DNA from: Auanema rhodensis
Taxonomy: Eukaryota > Animalia > Nematoda
Length of the DNA: 64,000 nt
Direction of reading: 5' to 3'
Assembly: GCA_964057225.1 (NCBI GenBank)
Contig: OZ059897.1
Location: 12,276,001 to 12,340,000 of the forward strand
Below, piece by piece: positions 53,004 through 64,000 of the stretch (positions within the stretch are counted from its first letter, which is position 1; each line of letters opens with the position of its first letter). The notes beneath the pieces were generated by a model that searched no databases, was not told the origin of the DNA, and was given only the letters and a program-made list of their open reading frames with translations. The translations under genes and the position numbers were made by a program.

Positions 53004-56000
53004 ATGACAAAACATCAAAGGAAAGATGACAGTCGGACAGTTCGAATCACCAATTCATTCTTCACTCATGTCGGCTCATTTGTTAGGTTTGTTACTCTAA
53101 ATCTTTCAAAAAAAAAATAATTTAATATCATTTTAGTGCTTACCCATGGACATGTATGATTTTGAGTACAATAATAACTATTATACTTTCTTTGAAAATT
53201 CCACTAACAGAAATGGAAAATAATATTAGTGATTTTACACCATATGAAGCACGATCTCGTAAAGAATTACAGGTAACAAACTTTTTTTGAATTAATGGCA
53301 TCATATTTTGTTTTTACTAATTTGTAGATTTATAAAAGTTTTTTTAAAAATCGCGGTGAACCAAAAACTATCTATGCTTTCTGTAGTGGAAGAAACGGAA
53401 CTAATATGCTGGGTTTACAACAATTGAATGAAACAGTTCAGGTAATTCACTTTTTTTTCAAACGAAAAAGTGTACCAAAGGTTTTATAGGTTCTTGATAA
53501 TATATCCAGGAATTTTCGTTTGAAACGCAATACCAAGATGGAAAGTTTTGAAGAATTTTGTAGCGGCTTCTGTACGCTCAATGAACCTGTTCGACATTTT
53601 TATGTAAAACATCTGTTATCCTTATCAAATTATATGTGATACTTTGAAGAGTGGAATGCAAATTTGGGACCAATATGGAAACGAAAGTCAACACTTAGAT
53701 CTTGGATATCCAGTTACTACTGTATTGGGAACAAAACTTTACATGGATCCCAACTTTTTTGGTATCAAGGTAGCTGTTGATGATCCAGAAAACGGAGTCC
53801 GTCGTATTGTTTCTGTAGCTGATGGTACATCTATCTCAGGCTCCAATGTATATTTTCAAATGAGATCACAAAAATCTTTTTTTTTTAAATTTCAGTCTCA
53901 AGTTCCAAATAATATTCGTGAATTGGATCTGATTGTATTACAATTCAGAGCTGAAGTATGCTTATATGAACAAGTTCTGTGAACTCATTCTATACTTACA
54001 GATTGGATTTGATGTTGAACCAGATGATTTAAAAATTTATGAAAGGCAAATAGTTGATTATTATCTGAAGTAAGCATTAAAATTTAAATAATTTAATCAA
54101 TAAATGTATTCTTTTCAAGAAACTTCAAATCAGATGTTATTGATGTTCATATCTTAACGGACTCATTTATAACTTCTGAAATAGTCACAGCAGGATTATC
54201 ATTGCTTCCTTTCCTTGTAATTGGATTCACTATCATGGCTGTTTTCTCATCTATTACGTTTGTCATTAGTGGAATAATGAACCGACAAATGAACAAGTTC
54301 AAGGTGAACTATTAAAATGTTTATGAGATAAAACCATTAATTTCAGGTTGTATTAGCTATAATGGCTTGTGTAGCTCCATTCATGGCTTGTGGTACAACA
54401 TTAGGTGGCATGTTCTTTGCAGGATTTCGTTTTGGATCCATTTTATGCGTTACTCCATTCCTAGTATTAGCAATTGGAGTTGATGATGCTTATCTAATGG
54501 TTAACGCATGGCAAAGAATAACAAACAACAGACGGTTAGTTCAGAATAACAGAAAATGCAAAAAATATACATTATTAGTTGAAAAAGTGCTCCTAAATAC
54601 ACAATCATTGTGTGATTTTTGAAAGTATGGATAATAGACAAATAAATTAAATTAATTCATTTGCTATATTTTTTCGTTTTTGCAATTTTTTTCAAAAATT
54701 AGACTAAATTACACTCGTTTTATATGTTTTTTTCTTTTGGAAAGCAGGATTAAATTGTTCTTTGTCTTCAAATTTACAATTGACTACTCTTTCAGATTAG
54801 TACCATATGTGGATGTTACAGCTGAGGTACGTCATCGAATTATCGAAATGTTGGTTGAAACAGGACCTTCGGTATATATTCTAAAGTTCGAATTAAAATT
54901 AAAATCAGTAATATGTTTAGGTATCAATAACAACTATTACAAATGTTCTTGCATTTGGAATAGGTGCTATGACCCCAACACCAGAGATTCAACTGTTCAG
55001 TATTGGAAATGCTTTAGCTGTCGTTATTGACTTTATTTATCAAGTATAGTATAATTTATTAAAGAAAAGAAACAAAATTAACATTTTTAAAGTTAACTAT
55101 CTATGCAGCATTAATGTCTGTAATTGGACGATATGAGATTGAGAAAGAAGTTCAAAGAAGAGAAGAACAAGCAAAAAGTATCGAATCTTCTGAAAAATCG
55201 GAAAAGAGCGATATATCAATCAAATCAAAAGAGCCATGCAATTCAAAGTAAGTTAAATCATCACAAAAATTTTAAAAAATAATTAAATTTATAGATTCTT
55301 CAATATATACTGTGAAACAATACTTAATAAGTATGTATCATCAGCTATTCTTGGCATTCTTGCTGTTTATTGGTATATCAGTGTTATGGGTGCTCTTCAA
55401 ATCAAAGCAGAATTAAGTCCTGATAAGCTGTTCTTAAAAGAGTCAAGCATTGTTGATGTAAACTTAATTAAAACTTACAAGATTACATTAAGATTTTTAG
55501 GTTTTTGAATTAAGAAAGAAACATATTATTCCATATTATGGAGTTTGTTGGATTTTAGTTGGTAATCCAGGAGATATAACCAATCCAAAACAGTAGGACC
55601 TCTTTCATTAGTTAATATCAAATATGTCTTTCTAGAAACCGTCGTCTACATCAGCTGATTGAAAATTATGAAGCGTTACCAGCATCAGTCGGAAGGTATT
55701 TATTTTATAAATTATACATTTTTATTTTCTATTTCAATGAAACCGGTTGCAATTAAATTTTTTTTCCAAAATATGACTCACATTAAATATTTCATTATAG
55801 ATATTCTACAAAGTTTTGGTTACGTGATTATGAAGAATTCCTTCATCAAAGTGAATTAATGGATAATCCAGAAGAAGAAGAAGAATTTGAACTTGAACAA
55901 GAAAATCGTTCATTAGAGCAACTTTCATTGGCTCTTGCTGAAAACGGAACGTGAGTAATTACTTTGCACTATGTTCTTTTTCTGGTTATCTGAAATGTTA

Positions 56001-57075
56001 TCTATAATGGTATTTGTTACAGATTATCTGATAGAAAAGCTATCACTCCACACATAAGGAACGAACTCAAACAGTTTTTGAATTGGCCAGAATTTTCTTT
56101 CTGGAACGGTTTTATCCAATACGACGAACGCCCAGACAAGTAAATATATATTTCATATAAAAATATCTTATGAAAAATAATTTTCAGAACCTATGTTGTA
56201 TCACGATTCTTAATTACTACTGCTTTTCGAGGACGTGAGTTACAGGAATGGTCAAATCGTGCAAAAATGCTTAATGAATGGAGAAAAGTTGCTGATAAAG
56301 TATGATTCCTTTTTTCTCTTTTCTAGTTATACAAGAAACTGTTTTAGTTCCCAGATCTAAATGTATCTGTATATGAAGATGATGCAAAATTCTTGGATCT
56401 TATCGAAACGATGGTTCCAATTGCTAGTCAATCAGCATTTTTCACATTTGTTTCCATGTTCATTGTGGCATTCTTATTCATCTCTCATCCACCAACTCTA
56501 TTTGTTGCAACCTTCAGTATATTGAGTACAAGTATAGGAGTATTTGGATTAATGTCTTGGTGGGGTGCTGATTTGGATCCAATTCTTATGTCTGCAACTG
56601 TGATGTCTATTGGATTTTCTGTTGATATTCCATCTCATATAAGCTACCATTTCCATCTAACAGGTATTTAGGAACAAATTCCTAATTATTCCTTATATGA
56701 CTAACTTATTATAAATATATTTTCAGGAAGAGAAACATCATGTGTACGTCAACGATTAGAAGATACTATATCAGCTGTGGGATTTCCTATTATGCAAGCG
56801 TCCATTTCAACAACATTATGCGTTTTAAGTCTTTTCTTTGTTGACTTACATATGTCACAGGTAATTCATATTTCCGCCTGTTATTTCTATTTTCAATTTC
56901 TTCTCTTTAGCTTTTTGCAAAATGCATGCTATTGGTTGTTGTGATAGGAATGATTCATGGACTTGTCATAATTCCTGTTATGTTCAACCTCTTGTCTGCA
57001 GTCCCTAGAAAAGTTTCTTATGCTGTAAATGGTTCACCTCGACGAGCAATATCAGTTCAAGTCAATCAAGCTTAA
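53004..57075 (+). CDS. Patched-related (PTR) sterol-sensing-domain protein
   Basis: FTPYEARS, TPFLVLAIGVDDAYL, ETGPS..ITTITN, DLDPILM..IGFSVDIPSHISYHF. Confidence 0.93.
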
Positions 57076-57677
57076 GCCTTATTGATCGTTGTATGTTTTG
57101 CAAAAACATTTTTATTTTTTTTGTTCTTTCGAATTATTTGTACTGTTTGTCATTCAAAAAATATGTAAGCACTTCTTGTCGCTGTATGTTTGATATAGGA
57201 AAACACGGGTATCATCTCATATTGCTTAATAAATTTATATTATAATTTGTGTTTTTTTTTAATTTTTAAAAAGAAAAAATGAATATTTCAAATATTTTTC
57301 AAATATTAATAATATAACGATAGACTTTATAAGATTCTATCTGAAAACAACATTGCAACTTCTACAGAACTGTTTGAATACAAGAAAACGTTATTTGGAA
57401 ATTGAAAACAAATTGAATCGTTACAAATATTTTACAAGAAGTATTTTTAAGCAAAACACAAGAAAAATAGAGATAATAAGTTCAAAATTCAGATTAATAA
57501 ATGAAATAAATGTAATAATTATCAAAATGAATATAATTTTTCATAGAAAATTTAAATAAATACGTTTATCTTTCTGATTGAAATGAAAGCTTTTTCTCTT
57601 AAAAGTTTTTTGGATAAAGAATTAATTATTATATAGTTTTATGTTGTGATGTAATGAATTCATACTACGGAGGAATT

Positions 57678-57696
57678 TGATAAGGATTCATTATCA
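57678..57696. promoter_or_regulatory. Inverted pair of TGATAA (intestinal GATA/ELT-2-type) sites
   Basis: TGATAA..TTATCA about 190 bp upstream of the vha-6 ATG. C. elegans vha-6 is intestinal. Confidence 0.45.
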
Positions 57697-57878
57697 AGCT
57701 ATAGACTATGTATTCTCAACTAGACGGCAAACCAATTCTTATCTTCCTTTTTAGTTTTAAGTTTCATTTCATTATATATTTCACTTACTTTCCATTTTCC
57801 TTCTTTTTTAATAATCTTATAATTTATTTTTTGCCTTATTTAAGGTTTTTTGTGTAATTACATCAGAAAACACTCAAA

Positions 57879-60800
57879 ATGGGCTCCATCTACCGTTCGG
57901 AGCTCATGTCTCTTTGCCAGATATTCTTGCAAACAGACTCAGCTTACCAATGTGTTGCCGAACTTGGAGAGATGGGGATAGCTCAATTCAGAGATGTACT
58001 TACCAAATTTTCAAAATTATAAATAATAATACCTATGTTCTAGTTGAATGTTGAGCTTAATTCATACCAAAAAAAGTTTGCCAATGAAGTAAAAAGATGT
58101 GATGAGATGGAGAGAAAGCTCAGTAAGTATTAGAAACTCATTTCAAAAATTTATAATTTTATTATGAAAGGATTTATCGAGGAAGAAGTAACTAAGGACA
58201 AAGTTACCATTCCTGACTCTGATGAACATATCCCAGCTCCACAACCAAGAGCTATGGTTGAGCTTGAGGTTTTCATTTTTTTGTTTTTGCTATTAATTTT
58301 AACATTTTGATAATTTCAGGCTAGTTTTGAAAAAATTGAAGAAGAGCTTCTCTCTATTAATACTAATACAAGCACTTTGAAGAAGAATCATGTTCAGCTT
58401 ATGGAAATGCGAGCTGTTTTAGACAAAGTCAAGAGATTCCTTGATGGGGTTGGCTACTTTTCCTTACTTCTTTTACTGAATTTACTAATTCAAATCAATA
58501 TTTGATTTTCAAAAGCTGGTCACTACAAGCTGAAAACGATAAGGAGTGAAAGACCATTCATTGGTCTCTTGTCTTTAAATTTAGGAGTTTTTGCTGATAA
58601 CACTCGAATAGTTTTTGCATGAAAATGAAAAGCCAGGTGTTAAAGATCAAACAAAGAACAAGTTTATAATTTCAGTAAAATTAAAAATGTTTTAAGAATA
58701 CAAAACGTGATGCTGCTCAATCCATCAGCGAAGCTGCTAAGGGAGAAGCCGGACCATTCACTATTGGTGTTCGTAATGAGGTTGACAAAGAACGTCGTGA
58801 TGAAAGCGAATTGAAGTAAACGAAGAAGAAGATGGAAAAGGAAATTATTAACAATCATTACTTCTTAGATTCATTACTGGAGTTATCCGTCGTGATCGTG
58901 TCATTGCTTTTGAAAGATTTGTATGGAGAATGTGTAGAGGAAAGGTTTTCACACGTACTATTAATATCGACGAAAGTACTGATGTATACTCTGAAGTAAG
59001 ATATTGTATATTTATAATATTATTATATAAATCATATTTATATAGGATAGTCCAGAAAAATCTGTATTCATTCTCTTCTTTTCTGGAGAGAAACTCATGT
59101 CTAGATGCAAGAAAATCTGTCAAGGGTTAGTTTAAATAGAAGCTTTTACCTGGGACATGAATGTCTAATGTTTAGATTCCATGCTACCATTTATAACTGT
59201 CCTGATAATTCTGCTGAGAGACTTACTCTTCTTGGTCAAATTAAGAATCAAGTTGTTTTAATATCCTCATTCATCTAATTATCTAAGATTGTTTAGATTA
59301 CTGACATGACAGCAGTAATCGAGGAAACTCTTGATTACAGATCAAAGATTATTCATGCTGCTGCTGTTAGCATCAAGAGATGGACAATCATGGTAATAAT
59401 CCGTGACAAACATTCAAAAGGTTACTAGAGAAATCATTTCAGTTGCTGAAACTGAAAGCTATTTTCCACACTTTGAACATGTTTTCTGTTGATGTTACTC
59501 AAAAGTGTTTGATTGCTGAATGCTGGATTCCCACCTCCGACATTCCTAACATTCGTGATGCTCTTCGTCGAGGAACCGTAAGTTCTAAAACCAAATGAAG
59601 ATATTCATTGAAGTCATTATTAACTTAATAGGAATTATCTGGTTCAAATGTTCATGCAGTTCTCAATGAAATGCAAACACATCGTAATCCACCAACCTAT
59701 TATCGTTTGAACAAATTCACTCAAGGATTCCAAAATATTATTGATGCTTATGGTATTGCTGATTACAGAGAAGTTAATCCAGGTATGTATTTTAAATTTA
59801 TTTTAGTTTAACTAATGTTTTCTTCTCAAATATTTAGCTCCATGGGCTATCATCTCTTTCCCATTCTTATTCGCTGTTATGTTTGGTGATTCTGGACATG
59901 GAGTTATTATGTTCCTTGCTGCTGCTGGATTCTTAATCTTTGAAAAGCAATTGATAAAAGCAAAAATTACTGACGAAGTAAGTAGAAAACTTAAATTGGA
60001 AACGTATATTCAAAAAAAAAAAATAAATTCATTACTACAGTATTATTAGAAATGAAACCTTTTTTTTCAGATTTTCAATACCTTCTTCGGTGGTCGTTAT
60101 GTGGTCTTCTTAATGAGTATATTCTCAATTTATACTGGATTATTGTATAATGATATCTATTCGAAATCAATTAACATCTTTGGTTCTCCATGGCAGGTCC
60201 CATACAAGTATATCTAAAGATAAAACCGATTTTAATACTTTTATCACAATCATTACAGCAATACCTTACTGTCAGGCATTGAGATTGCGGCAGCTAATGC
60301 GAAAGAAAAAGATCCTGATCTCACATGGAATCCAACAGAATCTTTCCGTCATGATTGGGTAAATAATTAATTATTTAGGAATTAAATTTTTTATTAATGT
60401 AGGGACCATATCCTTTCGGAGTTGATCCAATCTGGAACTTAGCTAAGAATAAGCTTAACTTCTTGAATCCAATGAAAATGAAAACTTCTATTCTTCTTGG
60501 TGTTGGTCAAATGGTTTTCGGTCTTATGCTTTCTCTCTGTAATCATGTGTAAGTGAATTCAGAAAGTTTTACAAAAGAATTAAAAATTGCAGAAGCCGTC
60601 GATCCTTTATTGATATTTTCTTTGTATTCATACCCCAATGTCTATTCTTGGGTTGCATCTTTGTCTATTTATGTATTCAGGTGCGTTTTTCTTTTTAAAG
60701 TTTTTCAAAAAAATTATAATTTTCAAGATTGTTCTTAAATGGATTTTCATTTATATCCCACCTAAATTCCTTTGGGGTAACTTGTATCCAGGACCTTTCT

Positions 60801-61981
60801 GTGCTCCATCTCTTTTGATTGGTTTAATTAACATGTTCATGGTTAAGAAACGTGATGTAAGTACATGTTTTTAAGCTATTAACCTCTATATATCTAATTA
60901 TTCAGCCTGGATTTGTTATGCTTAATGCTGCTAATTCTACTCAAAGTGTTACTATTGATGGAAAGAGTTATAAATATGAAATGTACGATCAATGTTTCCA
61001 ACAGCAATGGTATCCTCATCAGGTACTTTTACTATGAATCTCGTACACATACAAACTGGACTAATTCAGGCACAAATTGAAGTTGCTCTACTTCTTATTG
61101 CTTTGATCTCAGTGCCAGTCATGCTGTTTGTAAAACCTTTCTATTTCAAATGGCGTCACAGCCGTGGACTTCCAGTTGATGATGGACATGGAACAGAAGG
61201 CGAAGGTGAAGATGAGCCACATGGAAATGAGGTTTGAAGCGACGAATACAAAAGAAAATGGTTGTCTATTTCAGTTTAACTTCGGAGATTGTTTAGTCTA
61301 CCAAGCTATTCACACTATTGAGTTTGCTCTTGGATGTATCTCTCACACTGCTTCCTACCTTCGTTTGTGGGCTTTGTCCCTTGCTCACGCTCGTTAGTTT
61401 TGATTTTTTAAATAAAAAATAAATTACATATATCAATCATTCTTAAGAGTTGTCTGAAGTACTCTGGGATATGCTCTTATCTATTGGTCTGAAGATGGGA
61501 GGATGGGCAGGAGCAGCTGGAATTTTCATCCTGTTCTTCTTCTTCGCATGGCTCTCAATCGGTATTTTGATCATGATGGAAGGACTTTCAGCTTTCCTTC
61601 ACACACTTCGTTTGCATTGGTAAGCATATTACTTTCAAATATTATTGCTATTTCTCGATTTGACTGCCTTTTTCACTCTCTAACTCGTCTATTTATTGGA
61701 ATTGAAAAAAAGTTTTCGAGAGTTAATGCTCATTAGATTGAAAACTAGACTAAAGAATAGTAGAAGCAGGAGAACATAAGAACATTGACTAGCTTTGACT
61801 GACATCATCTTGTCAAATATAACTGATTCATATATATATATAATACACAGATTATCTTATCAAAAATATTTATTTTTTCAGGGTCGAGTTTAATTCTAAA
61901 TTCTATCATGGTACTGGATATTCTTTTGAGCCACTTAGTTTCCACAAACTGATCAGAATTTCTGAAGGATTCGAAGATTAA
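57879..61981 (+). CDS. vha-6: V-ATPase V0 subunit a
   Basis: [84 protein letters not shown]. The N-terminus is closest to recalled VHA-6. Confidence 0.92.
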
Positions 61982-62652
61982 GCGGTCAAATGATGTTTAT
62001 GTGAATAGATGACTTCCTTACTCTGTCGTATAGTAGAATAGGATGTATAAAGATTTTTATTCAAAACGTTCTTTTCCCTTCAAAGCACATTCTCAATAGA
62101 CTTGCTCTCAAGGTCCCTACACACAACACACGAAATGATCGTTTTCTATATACACACGTCTATATGCCGTAACATATTCTCACGCGTTTTGCCTTTCTCC
62201 ATTTAAACGTTTTTTATCGAAGAATCATATCAAGTTTTTGAAAAACTAACGAGAAACAAACATGTTGTCAACTTGTTAACATGAATAGATCTTACTAGAC
62301 ACCTTTTGAATTCCATTCTCTCTCTCTATATTTCAATACATTAGCTTTGCCTCCTCAATTTCTTCGTTTCCACCTCTTTGCTCCAATGTCTTTATATCTT
62401 TATCTGATACTCTCTTGCTTCTTTTATCTTTAACTTCATTTCATCTTTCTTTCTCTGACTTTCTCATATCTTTCTACACTTTTTCTTTTTTTTTTCGTTT
62501 TTCTCTCCTCAAGAGTAAAAGCATCAAAGCCACGCCCTTGCTCGCTGAAGGGAGAGGAAGGACTTGCTCGCTCCTATTTCGTCTTGCCTCCAGTTCTCCT
62601 CTCGAGGTCTTATTGAAAAAAAACTTTTTTCGTCTGGTCTTCTTGTGCAATT

Positions 62653-62697
62653 ATGGCGGACACCCAACCGAATGCTACCAACAAATCAGCTAACCAG
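62653..62697 (+). CDS. Probable first coding exon of an unidentified downstream gene
   Basis: MADTQPNATNKSANQ followed by a strong donor CAG|GTAATT, downstream of a GC-richer promoter-like patch. Confidence 0.45.
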
Positions 62698-64000
62698 GTA
62701 ATTCAACTTTGCTTTGAAAAGTTAAACATGAATGTTCTTTCTATACTAAAAGCATATCTGAACTTGTGGGAATTGATCGAAAACTTGAGTGAAAATGAGA
62801 AGAAATGATTGAATTTTCGAAAAAAATTATGGGAACTTCATCTATTTTTCATCGTACTATACTAAGTTTCCTATTTGACCCTATTGGTATTGCTGTTCGG
62901 AAATGAAAATACTAAGAAAATGTATGAATAGATTCCTAGCTTTTTGAATTTTTTTTTCTTTGTTATAAATCAAAAAATAAAAATAACGGAAATGTGAAAG
63001 TGTACAAATTAAAGCGAGTTCTATAACTGTTTTTTACTTATTTTTATGAAAAAAAATTCAAATAATAAGAAAATTAGAAAAGCCGGTTTTTATTTTTTTT
63101 TTTTTTTGAATAAAGAAACATCTTGATGTCTTATAGGTTATCATCTTCGTGACACCTAATGATAAAGTAGTTAAGTAGCAATTAAGCTTTTAAGAATAGA
63201 AAATTATCATTTTACTTTTATTCAATATGAAGTATAAAGATTAAAAATGATGTGCATATGCAACATTACTTCAATTTATATATGAAGCTTGAGTTGGAGC
63301 TTGAGTTACTTCAAACTTCTTGGTCACAAGCTACTTATATAATATTTCTCGTCCCCTTTCTATATTAACAAAAAAAAAGTTTTTTCTTACAATTATTCGA
63401 AACAAACTTCTGTTAAAAAAAAACTTTAACTTTAAACAACTTTAATACAGCAATAAAATATTTATAAACTTAAACTTAAAGAAAAAGAACTAAAAAAGAT
63501 GATAATATAAGACAAAAAGCTGAAAAAAACCAAATAACGAGGATTCGACTCATCTCAGCATGATATTATTTTTTTTTTGCGGAAAGCGAACAACAAAACA
63601 ACATTTAACCAATGTTTTGCCTATATTAGCTATTTGTCTAACTTAACTAGCCTGAAGGGGAATATAATTCCCAAAAGATTTTTTAGTATTTCTTCAATTT
63701 GTACTTTCCAATAAAAATATGTTAAGCATAACAAATGTCTGAAATATTTAAAAATGTGTTTGAAATCTAATACATTTAACGTATGTTACTCTATAAAAAT
63801 TCTTTTTTTCAATTCTTCTCATCTTCTTTTGTCTTCTTCTTTTTCAATTTATATTTCTACCTCTTTCTCATTTTTTCATTTCATTTTCTGCTAGTTTTCA
63901 TATGATATCACAGAAGCTATTCATGTAATTGAATATTCTGTATGGACTTTATTGAAAAAAAAAGCAAAATTAACTGAAGAAAGAACAGGAGTGAAAAATC

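Overview
AT-rich, gene-dense eukaryotic DNA with many 40-60 nt GT-AG introns, most consistent with a rhabditid-type nematode. Most entries in the ORF track are exon fragments or spurious. Reading spliced genes by hand gives, in order: a cuticle collagen 5' end; a SEC14/GOLD protein; a small 4-TM claudin-like gene; mtch-1; a minus-strand operon-like run (rpb-4, RNF14-like RBR ligase, PET100, mdf-1/MAD1, TRIP4/ASC-1); pdl-1/PDE6D; cortactin; a second minus-strand run (RCL1, FANCL-like, RNASEH2C, torsin, RPF1, NDUFB2); transgelin/calponin; a ~2 kb palindrome with two identical small secreted Tyr/Ala-rich genes; an SDR; an anoctamin; a patched-related protein; vha-6; and the first exon of another gene. 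The most notable observations are: (1) three antisense, tRNA-like-leader/Pol III-type C/D snoRNA units (U31/snR67 guide) in a pdl-1 intron, with non-canonical C/D boxes; (2) a RING-less FANCL-like double-RWD gene whose end overlaps the RNASEH2C start; (3) the near-perfect gene-bearing palindrome; (4) a possible nested micro-gene in TRIP4 intron 1; (5) an 8-repeat cortactin with recent exon+intron duplication. Gene boundaries were derived manually and protein identities come from recalled family motifs, not database searches.
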